Assembly (NCBI GenBank): GCA_030587475.2
Contig: JAUQYZ020000211.1
Coordinates: 1-23,511, forward strand
DNA from: Candidatus Sigynarchaeum calidifontis
GTDB taxonomy: Archaea > Asgardarchaeota > Lokiarchaeia > Sigyniarchaeales > Sigyniarchaeaceae
DNA: 23,511 nt
Direction of reading: 5' to 3'
Part shown: one piece after another, positions 13,590 through 21,891 of the stretch
Layout: each line of letters begins with the position of its first letter
Numbering within the stretch: the stretch's first letter is position 1
Translations under genes and position numbers: made by a program
The notes under the pieces: model-generated
What the model saw: only the letters and a program-made list of their open reading frames with translations
Database searches by the model: none
Told to the model about the DNA's origin: nothing

Positions 13590-15584
13590 ATGAAAGGAGT
13601 TAATGGAAAAATTCTCTGGGTCGATCTGACGACAAAAAATCTCGTTGACGAGAAGGTCGAAGATCAAGTTTATAAGGACTGGCTAGGTGGTTATGGGCTC
13701 GGAGTGTACCAGCTTTACAAGGCGATCAAACCAGGCAGCGATCCCCTCGGCGCCGGAAACGTGCTCGGGTTCGTGCCCGGCATGTTCACGGGCTCTGCAG
13801 CCCCGATAACCGGGCGATGTTTTATTGTCGGCAAGAGCCCGAAGACGGGCGGTTGGAACGACTCGAGCGTGGGAGGATTTCTCGGCATGGCCATCAAGAA
13901 GGCTGGTTACGACGCCATATTCGTGAAGGGCGCATCGAAGGACCCGGTATACGTTTATATCGGGGACGGAAAGACGGAAATCATCGATGCGGGCGACTTG
14001 TGGGGGCTCGATACGGAAGAAACGGATAAGGCCCTCAAAGCCAAGCATGGAAATTCCGCGAGGACTTGCTCGATCGGTAAAGCAGGCGAGCTTCTCTCCC
14101 CATTGGCCGGCATCGTGTGCGACGGCGGTCGCATTGCGGCCCGTGGCGGCATGGGTGCCGTGGCCGGTTCCAAGAAGCTCAAGGCCTTGTGCCTGTCCGG
14201 TGCCGCGAGGATCGAATACGCGGATAGCAAGGCCATCGTCGAGCTGACCAAGGCGTACAATCAAAAAGTCAACAAGAACGAAAAGGATTTCATCGCCAAG
14301 ATGGCCACGGCTGTCGGCCCCAAGGCAGGCCCGTTGTTGCGTGCCACGAAGATGGACATGCTCCAACCCCATGCGATCAGTTGCCGGGTTTTCAAGAACT
14401 GGGGCACCGCGTATGCCTTGCCGATACAAGTTGCCGTCGGCGACACGCCCATCAAGAATTTCAAGGGGCATTATCAAGACTTCCCGTTCCAAATCGGGCA
14501 GCAATTCACGACCGAAGGCCTCGAAAAATGGATAACGGGGCACCAGGGATGCTTTTCATGCCCGATCCAGTGCGGTCATGTCCTCAAGATACCCGAGCTC
14601 GGCATGGAGCGAACCCACCGTCCCGAATACGAGACGCTCGCGAGTTTCGGGCCGCTATTACTCAATCCCGATGTCAAGGTCGTCGTGCAAGCCAACGACA
14701 TGCTGAACCGTGCGGGAATGGATTCGATCTCTGCCGGCGTCGTTTGCGCGTTCGTTGCCGAGTGCTGCGAGAAGGGAATCCTTGGTAAGAAGGATTTCGA
14801 GTGCAAGGAATACCCTGATGGATTCACTCCGGCATGGCGCGAGCCTAACTGGATACTCCCCCTTCTCCGCATGATCGTGAACCGGGAGGGCATCGGCGAC
14901 TTGTTGGCACGAGGTGTTTCTGAAGCCGCCCGCGTCATCAACAAGGGTGCCGAGGACTATGCCATGGCCATTAACGGCCAGGAAATACCCATGCACGACC
15001 CGCGCAAGTTTTTCGGCCTCGCGATGACCTATATCGCCGATCCCACGCCGGCTCGCCACACGGCGGCCTCCCTCGACTTCAGTTCCATGGGCCAGGTCAA
15101 TGATTTCGTCGACGGCATCTCGTTCGACCTTAGCAAGAAGGGCCGAGTCAAGGGGGACCAGCACGCCCGCTTCGCGATGTTCGTGCAGGTCTGCAACGCT
15201 GTCGGGCTTTGTTATTTCGCCCTCAACTTCGAGCGATACCCATTGTTCGAGATGTTCAAGGCTGTTGCTGGCTTGGACTTGAGCCCAGCCGACTTGTTCA
15301 CGATCGGGCAGCGCATCCAGGTCATGCGCCACATGTTCAACGCGCGAGAGGCAGCGATCCGGTACAACGTGCCAAAACGTGCCCTGGGCATCCCGCCGCT
15401 CGAGAAAGGGCCCCTCGCAGGTGTAACACTGGCACCTCGGAAGGGCATCGAGTTGTACCAAAGCACGATGGGCCTGGACGAGCGAGGTATCCCCACGAGG
15501 GAAGTGCTTGAGCGGCTCGGCCTCGGTTTCGCGGTGCCCGATCTTGCCAAGGTGGCCGGGATGGAACTGGCGTCGTTGCCTTGA
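13590..15584 (+). CDS. Aldehyde:ferredoxin oxidoreductase family (W-bis-pterin) enzyme
   Basis: KSPKTGG..DSSVGG, AGYDA, AARGGMGAVAGSKKLKA, CFSCPIQC ([4Fe-4S]), PEYET, GMDSIS, HDPR, NAVGLC. Confidence 0.93.
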   Translation: MKGVNGKILWVDLTTKNLVDEKVEDQVYKDWLGGYGLGVYQLYKAIKPGSDPLGAGNVLGFVPGMFTGSAAPITGRCFIVGKSPKTGGWNDSSVGGFLGMAIKKAGYDAIFVKGASKDPVYVYIGDGKTEIIDAGDLWGLDTEETDKALKAKHGNSARTCSIGKAGELLSPLAGIVCDGGRIAARGGMGAVAGSKKLKALCLSGAARIEYADSKAIVELTKAYNQKVNKNEKDFIAKMATAVGPKAGPLLRATKMDMLQPHAISCRVFKNWGTAYALPIQVAVGDTPIKNFKGHYQDFPFQIGQQFTTEGLEKWITGHQGCFSCPIQCGHVLKIPELGMERTHRPEYETLASFGPLLLNPDVKVVVQANDMLNRAGMDSISAGVVCAFVAECCEKGILGKKDFECKEYPDGFTPAWREPNWILPLLRMIVNREGIGDLLARGVSEAARVINKGAEDYAMAINGQEIPMHDPRKFFGLAMTYIADPTPARHTAASLDFSSMGQVNDFVDGISFDLSKKGRVKGDQHARFAMFVQVCNAVGLCYFALNFERYPLFEMFKAVAGLDLSPADLFTIGQRIQVMRHMFNAREAAIRYNVPKRALGIPPLEKGPLAGVTLAPRKGIELYQSTMGLDERGIPTREVLERLGLGFAVPDLAKVAGMELASLP

Positions 15585-15624
15585 AATCGATTCTCGTGTC
15601 AAGAGATAGACTGGTGATGTCCTC

Positions 15625-16155
15625 GTGGAAAGAGGGAATCTGCCAAGGGAAAAAATCGATACAACCGCGCCCAAGGAATCGATGAGCATCACGTCGCGGC
15701 AGCGGGCCGGGGCATCCCTCTCTGCGTTCCTGGAAGGAAAGGAGGTGAAGGAGGCCCATGCAGACTACCGGTCCTGGTCCGGCTTTTCGCCGGACCCGGT
15801 CCTGATCACTTGCGCGTCGGCGCCCCGCGAAACCCGGGCAGAATTCTTCGGCCTATCCTTCCAGATGATCAAGGAGGAATCGGGCGAGATCTTCTATCAC
15901 TTTTCTGCAAGGAAAAGGGCGCACGGTTGGTACACGCGGGACCCGTGGCGACTGGAACTCCGTGTATATGACAAATCCGGGGGGCTTGTCGATGGACTTG
16001 CACAAGGAACGCACGATGTCATTCCGGTTGCCAGGTTCTATTGCGAGGACCGCGGTGCCAAGATAAGCTTCATGAACAGCGTGTCATCAAGCATCTGGGG
16101 CAGCGCGCACGCGATCGAGATCACTTTTCCCTCGCAAACTATCCACAAGTGCTGA
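15625..16155 (+). CDS. Hypothetical protein, probably beta-rich
   Basis: Fills the gap between AOR and the kinase; GGTGA at 15613-15617 is 7 nt before GTG 15625; followed by T-tracts. No family recognised. Confidence 0.65.
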   Translation: MERGNLPREKIDTTAPKESMSITSRQRAGASLSAFLEGKEVKEAHADYRSWSGFSPDPVLITCASAPRETRAEFFGLSFQMIKEESGEIFYHFSARKRAHGWYTRDPWRLELRVYDKSGGLVDGLAQGTHDVIPVARFYCEDRGAKISFMNSVSSSIWGSAHAIEITFPSQTIHKC

Positions 16156-16156
16156 T

Positions 16157-16190
16157 TTTTCCCTTTTTTGATTCCGGCCTCTTTGTTTTT
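16157..16190 (+). terminator. Oligo-T terminator
   Basis: TTTTTCCCTTTTTTG...CTTTGTTTTTG directly after the TGA at 16153-16155. Confidence 0.6.
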
Positions 16191-16306
16191 GACAACGGTG
16201 CGGCCATCACTCTATTATTTGCATGGAATGGTCGATACGGATGTTATCCGGGTAGGTGCTTCGATATCATCATGCATTCATATCTCCCTCCCTCCAATCT
16301 TCATAC

Positions 16307-17860
16307 ATGGCCTACCGGCTCGCGTTCGATATAGGAAGCAAGAACGTCAAGTGCGCTGTCGGCAACGATAACGATGATGTCGTGGCGATGGAATCGATCC
16401 GGCCAGCGGTCTTATGCTCGGAGGATGGGTTCAGTCGGTGCCACGATCCATCGACTTATTGGAATGATATCATCGAGCTCACGAGGCGGACAATCGCGAA
16501 GGCACGTATCCCGCCCAGCGAGATCAAATACATCACGAGCTCGTCCATCCGCCCGTCGTGCGCTTTCGTTGACGCGAGCGGTAACTTGATCTATATCGGG
16601 TCGAGCTTTGACTTGCGTGGCATAAATTCCGCCGACACGGTCGAGGCAGCATTCGAAAAAAAATCCGGCAAATCATTCTTCAAGGCGACCGGGCACTTCC
16701 CGCTGCTCATGTATCCTCCAGCGAGATATGCATGGTATAAGGAGAACGAGCCCGACGCATTCAAGCGCATCGCGAAGTATATGCCCGTGGATAGCTGGCT
16801 CCTCGGGAAATTCGGTGCCGAGGATCACGCGAACATTGCAAGCGCTGCAGAGTCGGGGTTCTATGACATCGTTGAAAGGGACTGGGGCGCGGAATGGGCG
16901 GATATCTTGCGATTGCCACCCGATTTCTTCCCGCCCGTCGTCGAATCCGGCGAGATCGTGGGAGATGCATCGCAAGAAGCGCGGAAGGCCATTGGATTGC
17001 CACAAGATGCAGCCATCGTGTCCGGGATGCCCGACACGCAAGCGGCATTGGTTGGCGCTGGCGCTATTGATGAACTGGATGCTGCCATCGTCGTCGGGAG
17101 CACCACGCCCATCCAGATGCTCAAGCGCGATCTTTTCTTTGATGAAAAGGCACGGGTCTGGACGACCATGCTCAACCTAAAGCACGTGGTCGACACCTAC
17201 GTCGTGGAGGCTAGCACGGGCATAACCGGCCAGATCATCTCGTGGCTAGCCGGCTTGCTCTTCAACAAGGATGGTGTGTTTGAGAAGGATCAACTCGCCA
17301 CCATCGACGAGGAATACGCGCTTTTCGATGCTGATGAAATGGCAAGACCCTCAAACAGTAAGGACGTGCTGGCTTTTTTAGGTCCAGACGTCCTCGCTTC
17401 ATCGTCGAGCACGATCATTCCCGGCGTCTTCGTGTTCCCGACACCTGGCACCGTGGACGAGACCCTGCTGGCTCGGCGGCAGCTCATCGCGGCTGCCTTC
17501 GAGAACATCCAGTTCGCAGCATTCAACAATGTCGATTTACTAGGGCACATCATCGGTCACGGCGCAACGCGCACGTTCTTGCTCGGGGGCATGACGCGGA
17601 GTGCGACGTTTTGCCAGCGGTTCGCGGACCTCGCGAAGCACCCCGTGCTCTCCACGGTGGAGAAGGAAGCGACCTTGTCGGGATTGTTCCACGCGTGCTC
17701 CATCGCGGCCGGGGATATCAAGAGCAGCACGGATCTCAAGAAAAAGATCGAATCCCAAGATCGGGTAGTGACCATTTCTCCCCGGAAAGCCACGGCCGAG
17801 GTGCTACAAGGCCGATACTCGAAATGGCTCGCTATGCGGGGAAAAATAAAGGAATTGTAG
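16307..17860 (+). CDS. FGGY-family carbohydrate kinase, YoaC/LsrK (AI-2 kinase)-like
   Basis: FDIGS (phosphate-1), SSSIR...FVDASG..IY...DLRG (like the STSxR...D..G...DARG block of LsrK/YoaC-like FGGY proteins), ASAAESG, GMPDTQAA, GSTTP, ENIQFA, GGMTRS...Q..AD, EAT..G. Start ATG 16307. Confidence 0.88.
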   Translation: MAYRLAFDIGSKNVKCAVGNDNDDVVAMESIRPAVLCSEDGFSRCHDPSTYWNDIIELTRRTIAKARIPPSEIKYITSSSIRPSCAFVDASGNLIYIGSSFDLRGINSADTVEAAFEKKSGKSFFKATGHFPLLMYPPARYAWYKENEPDAFKRIAKYMPVDSWLLGKFGAEDHANIASAAESGFYDIVERDWGAEWADILRLPPDFFPPVVESGEIVGDASQEARKAIGLPQDAAIVSGMPDTQAALVGAGAIDELDAAIVVGSTTPIQMLKRDLFFDEKARVWTTMLNLKHVVDTYVVEASTGITGQIISWLAGLLFNKDGVFEKDQLATIDEEYALFDADEMARPSNSKDVLAFLGPDVLASSSSTIIPGVFVFPTPGTVDETLLARRQLIAAAFENIQFAAFNNVDLLGHIIGHGATRTFLLGGMTRSATFCQRFADLAKHPVLSTVEKEATLSGLFHACSIAAGDIKSSTDLKKKIESQDRVVTISPRKATAEVLQGRYSKWLAMRGKIKEL

Positions 17861-17866
17861 GAGATG

Positions 17867-19582
17867 CTAATCTTCTTTTTGCGTTTCCTTCATGATCTCG
17901 AAGATTTCCTTTTCATGGCTCTCGGCTTCCTCTGGTATCGCGTAGATGGTTCCCAATAGCGACGCATGGTACTGGATCTTCGCCGCGAACTCGACCAACT
18001 CGCAAGTTCGCCATGCATGGTCGGCAGACACCCCCACGCACACGTTCCCGTGGTTTGCGATGAACACGGCGTAGTTATCAGCGAGGGCTTTCACGGCATT
18101 TTCGGCGAGCTCCTCGGATCCCGCCTCGCCATATTCTGCCACGTTGCACCCGCCGATGAAAGGGATGATTTCATCAACGAATGGCCCGATCGGGATACGT
18201 GCGATGGAAAGAATTGTCGAATATGGAGCGTGAGAATGGATGATGAAGTGCACGTCTGGGCGCGCTTGATAGATTTTGATGTGGAGCATGCGCTCCGATG
18301 TCGGATTCCGCGTGCCATCGACCACGGTGCCCGTGCCGTCCACGAGGAGTAAATCATCGGGTTCCATGCTAGAGTAATCTTTCGTGCTGGGCGTGACCAG
18401 GTATCTCTCCGCGCCATCCGTGGTCTTTACCCGAGCCGATACATTCCCCGCAGTGGCGACCACGTACCCTTTCTGTGCAAGCTTGGAGCAGACAGCGACA
18501 ACTTTTTTCTTGAGATCGAGCAATGCCGGTTCCTCGCTAAGCGGTGGTGCACTTGCTTTTAACGGACGCGCGCCGCCCAGGACCTCCGGGTTCACGAGGT
18601 TCGTGGGTACCTTTTTCTGCAGGATCTGTTCGATGGCATCGACCATCATCATGGCATGGCGGTGGTTCGTGTCGAATGTATCCCCGCCAATATGGGGCGT
18701 GACGATGACGTTATCGAGCTTGAGGAATTCATTCTCATGATCCACGGGCTCATTGGAGAACACGTCTAATGCCGCCCCTGCTATTCGCTTGTCCTTTAAC
18801 GCCGCGAGGAGTGCGCCCTCATCGGTGACAGACGCGCGGGCGAGGTTCACGATGTATGCGGTCGGTTTCATGAGCCCGATCTGCTTTGCACCGATCATGC
18901 CATCGGTCTCGTCGGCCGGCGGGCAATGGAGCGTGATGAAATCCGATTCGGCCATGAGTGTATCGAGCGGGACGCTCTTGCCATTGACTTGCTTGAGGCG
19001 ATCGTGGTTCACGTACGGGTCGAACACGATGATCTTCACGCCGAAGGGCACGAGGCGCTTGGCGACCTCGAAGCCGATGGCCCCCAAACCGACGATCCCG
19101 ATGGTTTTTCCATGGATCTCTATGCCCTTGAACATGTTGTAATATTGAACATAATCGATGAATTCATCGACCCGGAACGCCTTTGAATGCAATGTCCGGT
19201 CGACCACTTGCAATTTCCTCGCGAGGGCGAGGATTAACGAAACGGTGAGCTCCACGACTGAGATAGTATTACGCTTGGGCGCGAAGATGACCGGAATACC
19301 CTTGCTCGTGGCCGTCTCCACATCGATATTGTTTGGGTCGTCGCGTGTTGAACCGATGATCTTCAAGTTTGTTCGTTCGATGACGTTTTTCTTGACATTA
19401 TCACCCTCGCAGATGAGAATCTCAGCACCCGTGCTCTTGATCTTCGCGATCAAGTCTTCATCATTGAAATACAAGTTCCTCGTGTCCCGCCAGCTCTCGT
19501 AGATAACCTCATCCTTCAATATAGCTCTCAAGCGGCTGAGTGCTTCTTGTGAAAATTCAGAAGTTACGAAAGCCTTCGTCAT
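17867..19582 (-). CDS. Fusion of a D-2-hydroxyacid dehydrogenase (YoaD-like, NAD) and a class II aldolase/adducin-family domain
   Basis: N domain: TRDDPNNIDV...GIPV..AP.RN, GLGAIG, FDPY, NLAR, DVFSNEP, TPHIGG. Pro/Ala-rich linker at ~18510-18580. C domain: GNVSAR, TPS, PTSE..LH, HSH, NHG. GGTGA RBS at 19586-19590. Confidence 0.92.
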   Translation of the reverse strand: MTKAFVTSEFSQEALSRLRAILKDEVIYESWRDTRNLYFNDEDLIAKIKSTGAEILICEGDNVKKNVIERTNLKIIGSTRDDPNNIDVETATSKGIPVIFAPKRNTISVVELTVSLILALARKLQVVDRTLHSKAFRVDEFIDYVQYYNMFKGIEIHGKTIGIVGLGAIGFEVAKRLVPFGVKIIVFDPYVNHDRLKQVNGKSVPLDTLMAESDFITLHCPPADETDGMIGAKQIGLMKPTAYIVNLARASVTDEGALLAALKDKRIAGAALDVFSNEPVDHENEFLKLDNVIVTPHIGGDTFDTNHRHAMMMVDAIEQILQKKVPTNLVNPEVLGGARPLKASAPPLSEEPALLDLKKKVVAVCSKLAQKGYVVATAGNVSARVKTTDGAERYLVTPSTKDYSSMEPDDLLLVDGTGTVVDGTRNPTSERMLHIKIYQARPDVHFIIHSHAPYSTILSIARIPIGPFVDEIIPFIGGCNVAEYGEAGSEELAENAVKALADNYAVFIANHGNVCVGVSADHAWRTCELVEFAAKIQYHASLLGTIYAIPEEAESHEKEIFEIMKETQKED

Positions 19583-19600
19583 TCTTCACCGCTGAGCTGC

Positions 19601-20356
19601 CTAGAACATTAATTTTCGTAACTTGAGGAGGTTTTTCATTTCTCCCTTGACCTTGAGAGCTCCGCTGGAATACGCCTTGATCGCGTTGATCTGCTTGCTG
19701 AGAAGCTTCACGAACATGTCCGAAGTCATTGTAACCTGGACGGCCGCCGTATCGTCAGATCCCTCGGACATTTGGATCCCCTCGGCTCCGTTGATCTTGA
19801 ACACGAATGACTTGTTGATATCAGGGAACTCTATGACGAGACTGTTCACCCAGCCATCGAACTTGCTCCGCACGTCGGGCCTATTGTATCGTTCTGAAAT
19901 CATGTTCAATGCCGCCTTGATCGATTCCGCATCCGCGGGGCCGCTATTCGCAATGATCGAATTCTCGGTGGGGACGGTCGATTTAGCAGCCTGGAATGGT
20001 TTATCGATCGGCTTTTCTACTACCTTTTGGACGGGAGTCGGTTCGCTTGTTCCTTTCTTGACCAGGACCGGACGGATGACGTTTGGTCCCGGAATCGTAG
20101 CGACCCGTTCACTCGGCGCGCCAATCACCATGCCGCGCTTGGCAATGCTTATCGCATTTCTTGCACCAACGAGGGTAATGCCTACCCCGATGCTGATGAT
20201 CACGAGCGAGATGGTATAGGCCGGGAATACTACAATCGGGTTCGAAACATCAAAGGCCAGGTTAGGTATGGCGAGCATCGCGACGCCAACGAATTGCATC
20301 CCGACGCCCGCGCAAAGAACGGCCTCTAAATTCCGATTATCTGGCATGAGAATCAT
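19601..20356 (-). CDS. Membrane-anchored SCP2 (sterol/lipid carrier) domain protein
   Basis: Two N-terminal TM segments, a Pro/Thr/Lys-rich linker, and a C-terminal SCP2 signature (VQVTMTSDMFVKLLSKQINAIKAYSSGALKVKGEM..LLKL). Start ATG 20356 or 20347; the 20545 start would overlap the M20 gene. Confidence 0.85.
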   Translation of the reverse strand: MILMPDNRNLEAVLCAGVGMQFVGVAMLAIPNLAFDVSNPIVVFPAYTISLVIISIGVGITLVGARNAISIAKRGMVIGAPSERVATIPGPNVIRPVLVKKGTSEPTPVQKVVEKPIDKPFQAAKSTVPTENSIIANSGPADAESIKAALNMISERYNRPDVRSKFDGWVNSLVIEFPDINKSFVFKINGAEGIQMSEGSDDTAAVQVTMTSDMFVKLLSKQINAIKAYSSGALKVKGEMKNLLKLRKLMF

Positions 20357-20375
20357 TATTTGATTATCCGGCGCG

Positions 20376-20395
20376 ATAAATAAATGACCATATAA
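20376..20395. promoter_or_regulatory. Compact divergent promoter region (ATAAATAAAT...TATAA)
   Basis: AT-rich boxes about 20-35 nt from both starts (20356 on -, 20412 on +) within a 55-nt spacer. Confidence 0.45.
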
Positions 20396-20411
20396 CGAGC
20401 ATGATGTAAGC

Positions 20412-21869
20412 TTGTCAGAAAAGGAGATTCCTGCGAGGCCCCTGTCCGAGACGGAATCGGCGCTGATCGCCCGCGTTGACGAGTACAAGGGCGAGCTAGT
20501 AGACTTGTTAAAACGCCTTGTTGCAATCGATTCGCGAGTCGTCAATCTCGAGACGTTCTCGGATCAATCGCCAATCTTCGCCTTCATCGAGGATTTCATG
20601 AAGGAAACCGGAGCAAAGTGCGAGTATTATCGGTGCCCCCACCCTTATGCGCCAGCGAATAGCGGGCAGTCGTGGCCAAGCATGATCGCGGCCATCGGCG
20701 AGAGCGGGGGCAAGACGCTTCAGTTCTGCGGCCACGTGGACGTGGTTCCGTTCACGCCCGAGAGCTGGGCGAGTGATCCCCTGATCGCGGTCGAGAAGGA
20801 CGGGAAGATCTTTGGGCGTGGCACGGCGGACATGAAAGGCGGGATCGCGAGCCAGATGATGGCGTTCAAGATCCTCGCCAAATCTGGCATCCCGCTGAAA
20901 GGCCGCTTGCAAATGCTCTTTTTTCCCGACGAGGAAATGAACGGGGAGTACGGGTCACAGTTCATGGTTCGCGAGCACAAGGCGGCCATTGACGCCCCGA
21001 CCATCATCTCTGAACCCACGGGGCAACCGCCCATCAAGTCCCCCGCCATCATCGTCGGCGAGAAGGGACACGTATGGCTCAAGCTCAAGTTCCTCGGCGC
21101 ATCTGGCCACGGTAGCATGCCAAAGCCCCGGTCGAATGCGATCAACAAAGCAAACCGGTTCATCGCGAGCCAGGCCAAGCTGAAGCTGCCGAAGGTGAAG
21201 CCCCCCCTCTCATTGGGTGCAATGCTGGGCAGCTTGCTCAAGCGATTCTCCCTCGGTTCTCTCATCAAGATTGCCCGCGCGCCGCCGGCTGAGACGCCGG
21301 ATCCGTATAACGAGGATGGTCTTGGGGTAGGAAATTTTTTCAAGTCGACGATCAGCTTCAACCAGATCCACGCCGGCACCAAGGTCAACGTTATACCTTC
21401 AATATGCGAAATGGAACTCGACATCCGGGTATTACCCGGCATCACGATTCAGCAAGTACTCGACAGCATCGTTGATTACTGCACGAAGCTGGGTTTCCGC
21501 GCGGTGGTCCCTAAAAAATTCGTCAATGCTCAAACTACCGCGGGCAAATTGAAGAAAAGACCCATCGACGTGGAAATTTCCATCATCTCCTTCACGCCCG
21601 GCACGTTCGAGGATCCTGGCCGGCCATTTACCCAGCTGTTAAGTGAAACGTTCGAGGACGTGTACCACGTGAAGGCAGTCTATTTCTTCGCCCCTGGTAG
21701 CTCCGATGCCGTTTTCTTCCGCGGGGGCGGCATCACTGACGTGGTATTGTTCGGTCCAACCGGTGGCAACACGCATGATGCCAACGAGTTCGTCGACATA
21801 GGTGACCTCGTGCGGATGTGTAAAGTTTATTTACTCGTCGCGTACCGTATGTTATGCAAAACGACATAA
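20412..21869 (+). CDS. M20 family (ArgE/DapE-like) metallo-amidohydrolase/peptidase
   Basis: GHVDVVP, GRGTADMKGG, DEE, EPT, EKG, GHGS, GTKVNVIP, DIR, GSSDA, H..NE. TTG start. Confidence 0.92.
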   Translation: MSEKEIPARPLSETESALIARVDEYKGELVDLLKRLVAIDSRVVNLETFSDQSPIFAFIEDFMKETGAKCEYYRCPHPYAPANSGQSWPSMIAAIGESGGKTLQFCGHVDVVPFTPESWASDPLIAVEKDGKIFGRGTADMKGGIASQMMAFKILAKSGIPLKGRLQMLFFPDEEMNGEYGSQFMVREHKAAIDAPTIISEPTGQPPIKSPAIIVGEKGHVWLKLKFLGASGHGSMPKPRSNAINKANRFIASQAKLKLPKVKPPLSLGAMLGSLLKRFSLGSLIKIARAPPAETPDPYNEDGLGVGNFFKSTISFNQIHAGTKVNVIPSICEMELDIRVLPGITIQQVLDSIVDYCTKLGFRAVVPKKFVNAQTTAGKLKKRPIDVEISIISFTPGTFEDPGRPFTQLLSETFEDVYHVKAVYFFAPGSSDAVFFRGGGITDVVLFGPTGGNTHDANEFVDIGDLVRMCKVYLLVAYRMLCKTT

Positions 21870-21891
21870 ATACGTCCAGATTTTGAGACAC

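Noticed and set aside
14658-15692. 344-aa minus-strand ORF and other long antisense ORFs (13683..14543, 1864..2538, 20720..21445, 4294..4977)
   Set aside because: They overlap well-supported genes on the opposite strand and show no recognisable motifs, as expected from GC-rich codon bias.
16244-16267. TTATC...AGGTGCT...GATA fragments reminiscent of a SAM-I (S-box) riboswitch
   Set aside because: Far too short, and it lacks the P2 kink-turn/pseudoknot and GCAACC elements.
16150-16371. Cys-TGA at the end of the hypothetical ORF with the frame staying open to 16371 (possible selenocysteine CU motif)
   Set aside because: The TGA is followed directly by terminator-like T-tracts, the extension does not look protein-like and overlaps the kinase start, and I saw no convincing SECIS.
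1384-19603. Genome-wide TAG reassignment
   Set aside because: TAG terminates ceramidase A (aligned with paralog B's TGA), the DMT, the kinase, the dehydrogenase-aldolase and SCP2 genes at sensible C-termini.
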